This document shows, one piece after another, positions 12,261 through 26,186 of a stretch of 64,000 nucleotides of DNA. Within the stretch, counting starts at the first letter, position 1; the number at the start of each line of letters is the position of its first letter. Below the pieces are notes generated by a model that had not been told where the DNA came from, searched no databases, and saw only the letters and a list, made by a program, of their open reading frames with translations. The translations under genes were made by a program, and so were the position numbers. The stretch comes from Octopus sinensis. Taxonomy: Eukaryota. The stretch is from NCBI RefSeq assembly GCF_006345805.1, contig NC_043012.1, positions 41,044,001 through 41,108,000 on the forward strand. The letters are read 5' to 3'.

Positions 12261-15039
12261 TATTTGCCTCAGTGTGTGGGGACAAACAAGGCTAATAGTC
12301 GGAATTATTTAAAATAATAGTGTTTAGATATGTCTATAGTAATTTGTATACGGGGCCAGAAGAAAGAAACTATTGAGAAATTCACAGCTAAAGAATAAGA
12401 AGAATAGACAGGAAGACCGAGAAAAGACATAAAGAAAAGGGCAAAATGAAGAAAGCATTCAAAGGCCCTAAGAGGTTAACCTCTGCGTTCACAGTATAAA
12501 CCACTTTAAATCTCATGCTGTGTTCATGTATTGTAATGGCGCTCGTAAACATAGAACTACGAATATTTTATTGACACCTAGGTATTATTTATTCAACTGT
12601 TTATGGTACAGTTTATCAATTATGCATTATTCTATAAATTTATGCTGCGCTGATCTGAATCAATACCACTGCCTGTCAAATATAGAATAAATATTTTCCA
12701 GCTTTTTCTACAATTTCCAGAATAACTAATAAATATGTTGTTAAATTATTTTGTCAAAACGAAAATCTACACAATAATAAAACTTTAATACTTTACATTA
12801 ATACATTGCAGAGACATATCAAATATCTTATCGATTTTCAGATTATTGAAAAACAACGAAATTATTCATTATATGATTCAGGTTGTCTCTTCGAATACAA
12901 TACTTTATACATATATATATATATATATATATATCCTTATCTAGGGAATAAAATCGGGGACATCTTCGAAATCTTTAACACATTGAAATAAATTGTTTCA
13001 TTAAACGACGTTAACTGTAGAAGGAAGGCGAAGCTAAATTCGAAATACCACAATTAATGCTATAAATTTGAGTCAAAATGAAAATAAGAATGTAATTAAA
13101 GCACAGGTTCCATTAGTAATTTATATTAAGCGAAATCAGTTTTATGTGGCTGCGTGGCAATTACATGGTCTCAAGTTCAGTTCCACCTCACGACACACAA
13201 GTCATGCGTCTTCTTCCATAACCTACAATTGACCAAAATTGTCCAGTGAAACTTGATTCAGTTCTGTAACACACCACACTGGGCAGGCGTCGTCTATCAG
13301 AGCTCTGAGCTAACCAATGCCTCACCCGTAAAACTTAGTTCAATCCCACATCACGTCAAACTAGGCTTACGTCTTTCTTTTTAACCTTGGTGCAGACCAA
13401 AGCTTCGTCAGTAAAACTCGATAGAGATAAGCAAAGAACCTTCATTTATTTTCAGACTTAGCACCTCCACCCTGTCCTTGGGTGCCTTTGTCAGAGTTCA
13501 CACTGTTCCAACGCTTTTAGTCTATGCGGTCGGTTTGAGAATAACGTCCCTCCTACCAATCAATAAAGAATTTTAAGCGCTGTCTTTCCCTCTTACTCAA
13601 TGATTAAAATAAATAATTCATAAAAAAATAAAAATCTAAAAAGTAATTTCTAATTTGTTTATAATGGTTGAAAATGACATGCTATGTTTATCGGACTAAC
13701 GTACGTCAATAACGGGTATATTTATCGTTTTGGCTCAATTTACAAACAGAACTCGGATAAATTGCGTAGAACCTATACTGCAATGCATTTAGTTTTCATG
13801 AATTATTTTATACAAATTTTAACAGAGGAAGTGATTTATGTTTATGATTTCAAATAAATTACATTATGATTTAGCTTAATGCTCTGTCTTTAAAATCTGA
13901 CACACTGCTTTACACTGAAATTGTGTAAGAGTTAATGTTTCTAAGAGAAAATTTATTTTAGAAATAAATACAAGCCACACACTCTCCTTCTCTTCCACAC
14001 ACACACCAAGCACAAACATTATTTGGATTTTTATTGCTTTTTAATTGTCAATTAAATATGTAATGTCCTCCCCCTACTCTGAATATACATATCAAAGTAA
14101 AATAAATTTGTAAAGAACGAGCCTTTTGCATGTAAAATATGCAGATATGCAGTGTAAGCTTTATTTCTCTATACCATTGAATAAATGGATATATCTTATT
14201 CACTTAATACCAGCGATTTCTATAAAGAAACATTGAAATTAAAATCGTTTGAAATATTGTTTACTTAAAATCGATAACACCCACTTGATGCCATAACAGA
14301 ACAGATGAGTGAAAAAACATTATAAGAGAGGAGGAAAGATGCTTTGACAGGATGCGTCAGAAAGTTATATGAAAACAGAACAAAAACAGAGGCAAACATC
14401 AAACATACTTTGATATGATGAGTCAAAAAGTTATATTTAATTGTAACTCGATTGTTAGTGTGGAGAAAGGAACACAATTAACTCAGTGATTAATTCTGAG
14501 CAAGAAAGCAAAGGGGAAAAACTCTGTAGTAGTTTAATTCACAATCAATTTATGAAAACTGATCGGGCACGTGCAATGTCTAATGTGCGTGCGATCTTCA
14601 GTGTGTACGTTAACAACTACAGGTTTGTTTCATTCTTATTGCACCTCCTCAACGAAGTTTTGATATTAAGCAGACTGAAGACAAGTGTGAAATACATATA
14701 GTTAGAATGATTAAAAATTGATACGTGTGGCAACTTACAGAAATGGCAAGAGTAATTTAGCCAAAGGTGCAATCTGGTTGTAAGACATTCATGTAAAAGG
14801 GGTCCTAGAAAGCAAAGAGTCAAATCGAGGGAAAATATGGAATTGTCTCCCTTGCTTTTTATAGACATTCATAATCCTTAAGCTTATGTTTTTCTTTCTC
14901 AAGACTTCAAGCCTTTTTTTACCTCGAACCCTAAGACTCATAAAACCGGTTTTCATGGCGTATAAACGACCGATTTTACAAACTTTACCCCTGTATTTCG
15001 CTGATAAGGAATTGGTTGACTGGAATGGGATAAGCTAAA

Positions 15040-15265
15040 AGAAGGTGATGGGAAGCAGGAGGTTGATTTGAAGGATAGACTTGCATGTGTTAGCATAGTG
15101 ATGTGCCAGCTCCAGGATTCGATCCTTAGAAAGCGAGAGGTTGAGGAATGGATTCGGTTTTCGTGCCTCTCACCACAAAATGGTCACGAATGTTGGGTAA
15201 TGATCGCAAGAATGCGATCACGAATACAAGCGTCCGAAATGGGTTTCTTACGAGGGAGTAACATC
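15040..15265 (+). mobile_element. RTE-clade LINE fragment (Expander/Rex3-like)
   Basis: GDGKQEVDLKDRLACVSIVM...RKRE...GHECWVMIARMRSRIQASEMGFLR resembles 'GHELWVMTERTRSRIQAAEMSFLR'. Confidence 0.85.
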
Positions 15266-15339
15266 ACTGGACATGTATGTATGTATGTATGTATGTATGT
15301 ATGTATGTATGTATGTATGTATGTATGTATGTATGTATG

Positions 15340-15378
<39 letters not shown>

Positions 15379-15749
15379 ACATGTATGTGCGTGTATATAT
15401 GCGTTTATGTGTGTCCGCCACAACTGCTTGACAGCCAGCTTTGGTAACTTAGCGATTAGGCAAATAAAATTCCGATATAATAATCAGATATAAAAATAAG
15501 TCCGGGGATCTATTTGTTCGACTAAAATCTCCGAAGCAATGCCTCGGCTTGGCCGTAGTCCAATGACTGAAATAAGTAAGAGATGAAAGTTAAACAACAC
15601 CAGATAACGATGGGAAACAGATGAGTCTTTATGGAACTTACGGTTTCCTTATAATGATTTTGGTGAACGGACTTAGGATAAGAAATGACAATTACATTCG
15701 TATTTCAAAGTTATGATAATGTTTTGCATTGTAATATTCTATAACTGTA

Positions 15750-16180
15750 GTCAAATCCCACCGAGGTGGTCTTAGCCTTTCGTCCTTTCGGGAGCGATAA
15801 ATTAAGTACTAGTTGCTTACTGGGGTCGATCTAATCGACTGGCCCCCTCCCCCCAAATTTCGGGCCTTGTGCCTAGAGTCGAAATGAATATTTTATAACT
15901 GTAGTATTTAACACCTTTAAATAAATTTTAATTCCCCCAAAACACTCAATAGACCAGTAATAAGCAATGAATAATAAATATTTTTACTATAGACACGAGG
16001 TCTGAAATCTTGTGGGGTTGGGGTTAGCCGATTACATTGACCCCCAATTCTCAACTGGTACTTTTTACCGATTCTGAAAGGATGAGAGGGCGGAATTCGA
16101 ACTCAGAACGTGACAATGAAACAAATGCCGTTAAGAGTTTTTTTCCGTGGAGTAACGATTCTGCCAGCTCGCCGCCTTAC
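15750..16180. mobile_element. SINE family A, tail-to-tail pair: 15750-15885 (+) and 15985-16180 (-)
   Basis: Consensus match in both orientations. Confidence 0.85.
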
Positions 16181-16472
16181 TACTAATAGTAAAGTTGTCA
16201 TTTTTCCCGACCGTGAATTGGCAGAATATTTAAGCACGTCGGACAGGCTACTTAGAGGCATTTCTTCCGGCTTAATGTTATGAAGGCCATTTCCACGAAG
16301 GCCAACGTTACCTTCCATCCGTTCGATGTCAGTAAAATAAAAAAAATCCCAGAAAAGTACAGGGGACAAAAAAAAAAATCAACTTTCCTGTCCCTTCATG
16401 TTGTGATCTCAGTTACTTATACGCCATGGAGACCGGGTAACCAGACTTATACGACCTAGGGCTCAAGAAATG

Positions 16473-16521
<49 letters not shown>

Positions 16522-17499
16522 GTGTGGTTATATACCATGGTAACCTGTAATTTTCGGCGAGCGACATGCACACGCACATTTACAAATTATTGATACAGGA
16601 GTGCTGCTAACTATAATGTGCAAATGATATTTGACACGGTTGGTACCGGAATGTATGTTGTACACCTTTTAGTCTGATGACAATTGTATTTATAAGTTCG
16701 AAACTCACAGAATGTCTCTCACCACTCTCAGTTGCTTTGAGGTTCGATAGGAAAAATGGGAGAAATATAAATCTAGACTATACAATTCGTATTCACACGC
16801 ATATCACGATCACAGAATATCTGTTACTACAATATTTATATGCAGAGGTTTGACACAACCAATCAGACACTATCGGATTTCATAAACGTTTGTCTTCGAA
16901 TAGAATTAACGAAAGTCCTTCTAGGTCGGTCTATTCTTTATTAAATATGAATTAGGGGAAATTCTTCGAAGCTGTAAAGTCTCCAAAACATGATAGCCCA
17001 CTAGGAATGGAAAAGCTCAAGGTAATGCGCAGTATTAGTAAGAGAAAGTACATTTTAAATGAGCATCTTGTTAAATAATGCAGCTGAAAGATTTATTGGA
17101 AAGCAACGCCAAAAGTTAATAATCTACGACTTGCTCTATCTTTCTTTCTCCGCCTCTTTTCCTCACCATATCTCTCTGGAAAGCTTTACAAATTCTCTTA
17201 ATTCATCTCTTAGACGGACAAAGTAGCTGAATCGAAATTTTAATGTTGTAAACGGGATGATACGAAATTGGTAACTATTTTTAGTTTATTCCACAATTAG
17301 TTATTGATTATATATTATAGTTATGGTAAAGTTAACCCTGATTTATGCAATTCTATTACTTACGTGCAAACATCCATACACACACACATAAAGACGTATT
17401 TGCATTCATATACACATATGCATACATTCATACTTACGAACATATGCATATAACATGTATGCACTTAAATACATACCTCTCTCTCTCTCTCACATTCAC

Positions 17500-17504
<5 letters not shown>

Positions 17505-17533
<29 letters not shown>

Positions 17534-17831
17534 TGTATGTATGTATGTTTGTATGCATGTATGTATGTGTGTATGTGTGTATGTATGTATGTATGTGTAT
17601 GTATGTATGCATGTATGTTTGTATGTATGTATGTATGTATGTATGTATGTATGTATGTATGCATGCATGTCTGTATGTATGTATATATATATATGTATGT
17701 ATGTATGTATATATATATATGTATGTATGTATGTATGTATATATATATATATATATATGTATGTATGCATGTGTGAATGTATGTATGTATGCATGTATGT
17801 ATGTATATATATATATATGTATGTATGTATG

Positions 17832-17864
<33 letters not shown>

Positions 17865-17923
17865 GTGTGAATGTATGTATGTATGCATGTATGTATGTAT
17901 ATATATATATGTATGTATGTATG

Positions 17924-17958
<35 letters not shown>

Positions 17959-18074
17959 GTGTGAATGTATGTATGTATGCATGTATGTATGTATTATATA
18001 TATATGTATGTATGTATGTGTGAATGTATGTATGTATGTATGCATGTATGCGTGTGTGTAGGTATGTATGTATG

Positions 18075-18108
<34 letters not shown>

Positions 18109-18166
18109 TGTATATATATATGTATGTATGTATGTATGTATACATATATGTATGTATGTATGTATA

Positions 18167-18202
<36 letters not shown>

Positions 18203-18408
18203 TGTATATATATATGTATGTATGTATGTATGTATATATATATATGTGTGTATGTATGTATGTATATATATATATGTGTGTATGTATGTATGTATGTATA
18301 TATATATATGTAGTATGTATGTATGTATGTATGTATGTATATGTATATATGTATGTATGTATGTATATATATATATATATGTATGTATGTATGTATATAT
18401 TATATATA

Positions 18409-18439
<31 letters not shown>

Positions 18440-18462
18440 GTATATATATATATGTATGTGTG

Positions 18463-18528
<66 letters not shown>

Positions 18529-18615
18529 GTGAATGTATGTATATATGTATGTATGTATGTGTGAATGTATGTATGCATGTATGTATGTGTGAATGTATGT
18601 ATGTATGTATGTATG

Positions 18616-18647
<32 letters not shown>

Positions 18648-18662
18648 AGTATGTATGTATGT
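17505..18662. repeat. About 1.15-kb (TATG)n/(TA)n compound microsatellite with higher-order periodicity
   Basis: The marker gtgaat recurs at 17773, 17867, 17961 and 18020. Confidence 0.97.
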
Positions 18663-18759
18663 AATATACACGGACGGCTAGATATTGTTATGGGAATGCG
18701 TTTGCTGTGCTAACAAGCTCTTTGATATATCTAAGCAAGCACCTGCCTCTGAGATTGCT

Positions 18760-19000
18760 ACCGTCATTGATTCTTCACAGCTGCAAATACTCCTCCCCCC
18801 ACTCTCATTTTAACTCTGTTAACCCGGGTGTAAAGAAGCGCGCATACCCAGTATTTCCGGTAAAGTGTTTCGTGTATTTCTTTAATTCTCCACGAAACAT
18901 TCCAATAAAGTCTTCGGAATCCAGTGGCAAAATATTCTCTTTTCGTATGTTTTTGATTCGCGTTTAACAATTGTTACTTCATTTGATCCGTTCTTTTATT
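18760..19000 (-). mobile_element. Possible L1/Tx1-like 3' relic
   Basis: Minus frame C*TRIKNIRKENILPLDSEDFIGMFRGELKK weakly resembles the Tx1 C-terminal IW.TR...F segment. Confidence 0.25.
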
Positions 19001-19917
19001 AGAAATCCATCGATGTTCTCGCTGTTAGATAAATGAGAATTCTCTCCTATAACAACAGATGTTGAGATCTGCGAAGTTTATGGAGTTTGGAGATTTCTCA
19101 CTAAAGAACAGTAATTTCCTATTCTCCTCACTTATTTCCGTCTTTATATTAACTCTGTAATGTTTTACATGAAATCCCTTCTTTACTGCGTTGTTCATTC
19201 GATGAAACATATGTACGTGCACACACATACACTAACTAACAAAGACACTCCACACACACACACGCATGATACACACACACAAACATACACGTATCATACG
19301 CGCACATACGTAAATATAGACGTTTGTATAAAACACAGAACTGAAAAAAATGGGTGCTCAACAGCGAATATGTTGATAAACAATTCCTTTTAATAAAATT
19401 ACGCTATTTTTCCAGTACCGTGGGTTTCCTACGGAAACATTCGCATGTATTCAGCCAGAATTTGCTGCACCAGTAACACTCGTCTGTTTATCTAACTTAC
19501 ACATATGTAAACAAATCCGGTCTAACGCAAAAAAAAAGATGGAATCTACTAGTGGTATGTAAACATACATGTGTGGTTTTCCCGCCAATTGTGATTAACA
19601 AAATATCGCATTTAAATTTGCTTCGTTGCATGAGATAACACTGTAGCCCCCTCTCATGTCATTAGAATCTCAGGCCACTTAGTGGCTACTTTAACTACCA
19701 GCACATTGATCAACCCAACTCAGTATTTCTTCTTTTAAAATCTTACAAGTTACTGTATGTTACTCTGAGTTTTTAGATAATGACTAGCTTACATCAGCTC
19801 CTTAACAATATATATTTACATGCGATTACTTATAGCTTTATGTGTGCTTCGAGATTCATTATGCTCTTAACCACGAGCATACAGCGTAATGGTTAAGAGC
19901 GATCAGTGCCTTGAATA

Positions 19918-19963
<46 letters not shown>

Positions 19964-20284
19964 GCTGGAGAGTATATCAGCCGAAACGTTGTGATAACAA
20001 CAAACAAGATGAGGACACATATTCGTCCAATGTAAATAATGTACACAATTCCTCATCTCTAAAATAAAGAACAGTGTCTTTAACTTTAAGTCCCCTCCTT
20101 CAAACACTCATCCGTCGAAAGCGACGGGAGCGTCCGTCATCAATCATAGATGGACTGATGGTAAAGTGGGAGCCAGGGGAATCAGAATTTAATTTATATA
20201 AATATATATTTAGATATACTTAGTGTTTATACTTGTGTTCCATAGATCTTCATCTCTTATTGAAATCTATATATAATTGTAATA

Positions 20285-20615
20285 GATGGCCTGGTTCTCC
20301 GTCGGTTACGACGACGAGTATTCCACTTGACTCGATCAACCGAAGAGCCTGCTCATGGAATTAGCGTGCAATTGGTTGATTCCTCCTCCACAGACACGCG
20401 TACCTTAACGTACTTCATAGGGAGCTTCAACGTGACACCGAATGGGACCTAAACTGACCCTTTCGAATTACAGGTGCAAAACATTTTTGTCAGCTGAGTG
20501 GACAGGAGTAACGGGAAATAAAGTGTCTTGCTCAACGACACAACGCACCTCCGGGATTCGAACTCACGAACGAACATACGATCAGGAGACAAATACCACT
20601 AAGCCACACGCACAT
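20285..20615 (-). mobile_element. SINE family C, near full length
   Basis: gggattcgaactc (B-box, reverse complement), aaagtgtcttgctcaa, cagctgagtggac. A related tail occurs at 57600-57830 (+). Confidence 0.78.
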
Positions 20616-20935
20616 GATAGCAAATACACGCATAAACACACCACACACGCAACACATACACATTTACACATATACACACACAAACACACAGACACATACA
20701 CACGTACATACACACACACTCTCACTTTCTAACACACACAGACACGAACACATACGCACGCCTTGCTGCACATAAATGCAAATACATACGCTTAGGTGTC
20801 GGGTTGATACGCCCCCCCACGCACACGCACACATACACAAGCATACACACACACACACACACAAACACACACATCGGAATGACAAAGATTGGGACGAGTT
20901 TAAGTAACTTGAAAATTTCTTGATAATGCATTCCA

Positions 20936-21028
20936 TAAATATGGAAGGGCTTAACCCCCTGTGTATTAAATATGGAAGGGCATAACCCCCTGTGTATTAA
21001 ATATGGAAGGGCTTAACCTCCTGTGTAT
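20936..21028. repeat. 31-bp minisatellite, 3 copies (taaatatggaagggcttaaccccctgtgtat)
   Basis: Three contiguous units with single substitutions and no spacers. Confidence 0.95.
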
Positions 21029-21087
21029 TATATAAAAATCATGTCTCACATGTTTCAATAAGCAATCGCCGAAATTTGTATCACTGT

Positions 21088-21946
<859 letters not shown>

Positions 21947-22364
21947 GATATATATATATATTTATAAATATACAATACATACACACACTCGTATCTACAT
22001 ACACACGTATTTGTGTGTGCATGTGTTTGCGTGTGTGTGTGTGTGTGCGCGTGTGTGGATGTGTGTTTATGTATGTATCATTTAGCCCTAAAACGACCTA
22101 AGTCACTGCGAGCAGACAGTCTGCTGTACTTTCAAGTGTGATAAAGTTTGATAAATGAAACTCATCATATTCTTGGAGACAGAATCACATATTGATATAA
22201 ACACGCACATACATGCATACGCACTAACACCGGACTCAGACATTGACACACACACACACTCATGGAAATATGCATGTATATTAGTGCATGTGTGCGTGCG
22301 CGTGCGTGTCTGCGTGTGTGTGTGTGTAATATTTATATTCATATAAAGAATGAATAATATAGAG

Positions 22365-22617
22365 CAACAGCAATAATAATGATAATGGCAATAATAATAA
22401 TAATAGTAATAATAATAATAGTAATAATAGTAATAATAATAATAGTAATAATAATGGTAACAATAATAATAATAGTAATAATAATTCGAATAATAACAAT
22501 AACAATAATAATAATAATAATAATAATAATAGTAATAATAATAATAGTAATAATAATAATAATATTAATAATAATAATAGTAATAATAATAGTAATTTTA
22601 ATAATAATAATAATAAT

Positions 22618-22662
<45 letters not shown>

Positions 22663-22700
22663 TATAGTAACAATTATAATAATAATGGCAACAATTAAAA
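22365..22700. repeat. Imperfect (AAT)n microsatellite
   Basis: Direct reading. Confidence 0.97.
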
Positions 22701-23270
22701 CAACACCAACGATATAGAATTGTCTGGGAAGCAGGATTATGCATGAGAATAAGTTATGTGTGAAAGAGGCTATCTGCGAAGAGAATGAAAGAAAAACAAA
22801 ACGCAAACTGCCTAAAACAAAAGATAACAAAAAACACAACAACAACAACAACAAACGAAAACGAAAGAAAAACTATTGATTGATTCTTTTCACAATCGAC
22901 TTCACAACCTTTGCAGTTCTGCATTTAGTAGATTCATTGACAACTGGGTATTGGAAATATATTTTGGCTGAGGTTAGAGTTTGTGTTGTGAAGAGGAAGA
23001 TATTTGGGAAGAATTGCAATAATACAGGAGTATTAGTGGCATCGTTTCTATTTCTGTGTCTGGAAGACTACATGAAGAGATAAAGACAAAAGCTATTAAA
23101 TCACAGTTTCCAGAACCAAATGGAAATAAATTCGCATCTTCTCTCCGTGGATTTAAAGAACACTAATGGATAATGGAAGGGAAGTATTGAACATACCGCT
23201 TCCTGAATATATATCAACACGTACATACATACGTGTATACATACATATCTCTATGTACAGATATGCATAA

Positions 23271-23323
<53 letters not shown>

Positions 23324-23493
23324 CATATATATGTATGATTCCATACATGCATACATACAAACACACATACACACGGACATATATATATATACAGAAAGAG
23401 AGAAAGAGAGCGAGATATGTATATATACATACACATACATATATATACATTCACATAGACATATATATATAATGCATATACATACATGTTTAT

Positions 23494-23558
<65 letters not shown>

Positions 23559-23844
23559 GTACATATATATATACATATATATACATATATATACATATGT
23601 GTGTGTGTGTGTGTGCCTATGTGTATCATCATATACTGTGCCAGTAGGTCAATCCAGTAATCTATATCATTTGAAGAGTGGCTAAGTATTGTTTCGAGGA
23701 GCAATTTACGAGTCATAATTGAATAATTGCGTTTATAAAACATTTGAGAAGTAACCACCATCTCTGTTTGTGATCGTTAAACATGTCTATTTATACACAC
23801 ATGCAACGTTTGTGAGTGTTGTGAAGTAGAGTGTTACTCTCGAT

Positions 23845-24052
23845 GAACCAATCCGCTGCCGATCCAACGCCTGGTCTTCAATAACAGCCGACTTCCTGTT
23901 ATTTATCTATCAGCAATGTACATATTAATGAACATGGCGGAATGTTAAGCTGTTAGCTTTTTAATCTTCATGTTCACCAGTCGTTACTACTGCTTGTCTT
24001 TTATTACTTCTGTTACTGCAACTGTCGGTAAGACAATGGTTTGTGGGTGAGT
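23845..24052 (+). promoter_or_regulatory. Candidate promoter / non-coding first exon
   Basis: CCAAT (23848), ETS-like ACTTCCTGTT (23891), YY1-like AACATGGCGG (23931) and donor-like gtaaga (24028) / gtgagt (24047) in a locally GC-richer non-repeat island. Motif evidence only. Confidence 0.22.
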
Positions 24053-24223
24053 TATGGCTGACGGAAGCCGTGCAGAGACACACTGACATATATATGTATA
24101 TTATTGTATTCTTATATATATATATATAAATACTAAGACAACAAACGAATGAAAGAGACCTCGATATTAGTTAAATAGAGGAATTTATCTGCAAATATAA
24201 TGTGACAATTATTCGGTAGCCAT

Positions 24224-24284
24224 GATAAAACTCCGAGTTTCGGATGCTGGGGTGGAAATCCACGCCGCCATCTCTTCAGTTATT
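24224..24284 (-). ncRNA. Minimal type I hammerhead ribozyme motif (antisense twin)
   Basis: Minus strand AATAA-CTGAAGA-GATGGCGGCGTGGATTTCCACCCCAGCATCC-GAAAC-TCGGAG-TT-TTATC. Confidence 0.65.
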
Positions 24285-24293
24285 CGGTGGCCG

Positions 24294-24354
24294 GATAGCT
24301 GAAGAGATGGCGGGGTGGATTTCCACCCCGGCATTCGAAACTCTGAGTTTTATC
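24294..24354 (+). ncRNA. Minimal type I hammerhead ribozyme motif
   Basis: GATAG-CTGAAGA-G[ATGGCGGGGTGGATTTCCACCCCGGCATT]C-GAAAC-TCTGAG-TT-TTATC. All core nucleotides are present, with a 5-bp stem I, a long stem II, a palindromic stem III and a GUU cleavage triplet. Confidence 0.7.
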
Positions 24355-24434
24355 GTGGCTACTGAATAATTGTCACATATTACATTTACACACACACATA
24401 TATATATATATGTATATGTATGTATATATATATA

Positions 24435-24495
<61 letters not shown>

Positions 24496-24530
24496 CATAT
24501 ATATATACACACATATATATATACATATAT

Positions 24531-24579
<49 letters not shown>

Positions 24580-24994
24580 ACTTCTCAACAGCACAGTCAT
24601 TTTTGCGCCCATTATGTGTATTTGTTTACATTTGTTGTTAAATCGAGTATTGTGTTCCACTATGTCTCAAAGGTAGCAGTGCCTCAAGATCTTGGAAGTA
24701 AATGCCAGATTGAAATACGTACTGAGGTCCGTTTGGTCAATTAAATTTTTGAAGGTGATACCTCATCGTGGCGACAGTCGAAAGTTTAAAATCCCAGTAA
24801 AATATTGCTTAAAGACTTAATGGCTTCAAAATTAACGTAATGGTTCGCTAACCACTAGTATTGAACGTCCACTATACATGATAACACTATATGTACATCT
24901 CAGTCTATAAATTATATACATATGTAAGTATATATACATATATATATACATATGTATATATATGCATATATATATATACATATGTATATATATG

Positions 24995-25029
<35 letters not shown>

Positions 25030-25071
25030 ATATGAATATATATATATATATATAATATATATATATATATA

Positions 25072-25108
<37 letters not shown>

Positions 25109-26019
25109 GTGTGTGTGTATATGAATATATATATATATAGAGAGAGAGAGATAGATAGATTGCAAAAATAATAAGATGAAAATGCCTAGATAATTTTATC
25201 ATAGGACGCTACAGCTTCGGTCAAATTAAGACAACCTTTTCATTTCGGAATAACTTGAAAGGAAAACTGAAATAAATGAAATTGCACAAAACTTTCATGA
25301 GTTATGGCTGTTCACGTTTTCTTATACAGATCGCATCGTGCATTATTTTGTTTTGTTCTGCTTGTTGCTAGTTGTGAACGATGGATGATTAAGAAAAGCG
25401 CTGGTAGGCAGGTTTGACAATGATGGGGGGAGACGTAGTAGAAACAGCTTGGGGACTTGGTGCTTTATAGCACTGTTTCATCTGTCTAGTTGTGCGGGTG
25501 TTGGTTTATGGCAGCTGTCCGTCTAATACCGAGCCGTAAGGGTTTTTGTAATGTTGGTGACTGTTGTTGTCGTCTTTTGTCCGGAATAGAAATCTGGACA
25601 TTACTTTGTTTAGGCCTTGGTGTTAAGTTGTTTTATGAGCAAATTTATAGAGAGGAAAAATTGTGAACTTTTGTTCTTTCACAATTCAACGCCAGCGCAT
25701 TAACAAAGAAATGTCCGTCCTTCATTACCAAATAGCAGCCACATCTAAATTCCCTGTGGCAGAGTAAGCGAGAAAAACTGCACTTATCACATGTATGTAT
25801 GTGCGTGAGTCTGCGATTGCATATGTATATAAATATACACGCATACGTTCAAGATATATATATAAATTAGAAAAAAACACCTTTTATCAATTCAAAATGA
25901 ACAATTAAATTACACCATCATAAAAGGTGTTTTTTTCTAATTTATATATATATATATTATATTTTGTGAAATTTGATTTAGTATTTCTAAATTGAATTTT
26001 TCCCTGTAAGTTAGGAATA

Positions 26020-26077
<58 letters not shown>

Positions 26078-26148
26078 ATTAGGCATGTTTGTATCTAAAT
26101 ATGTCTGTGTAAGTTTGTGCGTGAATTTATTTTTACACACACGCACAC

Positions 26149-26186
<38 letters not shown>

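Larger units (their letters stand above)
24200..24378. repeat. Long palindrome, 88-bp arms (80/88 identical), 3-nt loop; Penelope-pLTR-like
   Basis: 24200-24287 is the reverse complement of 24291-24378; (TA)n tracts flank both sides. Confidence 0.97.

Noticed and set aside
16674-16725. CTGATGA...GAAAC as a hammerhead
   Set aside because: Lacks the G10.1-C11.1 pair and a stem I.
16950-17031. GKFFEAVKSPKH...|gtaatg as the first ankyrin exon
   Set aside because: Only a superficial match to FLDAAE, with a weak acceptor and no downstream ankyrin consensus.
19406-19555. AG...GT-bounded open frame as an upstream TRPC exon
   Set aside because: The translation has no ankyrin or TRPC resemblance.
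20936-21028. 31-bp direct repeats as a CRISPR array
   Set aside because: The units are contiguous with no spacers, the context is eukaryotic, and there are no cas genes.
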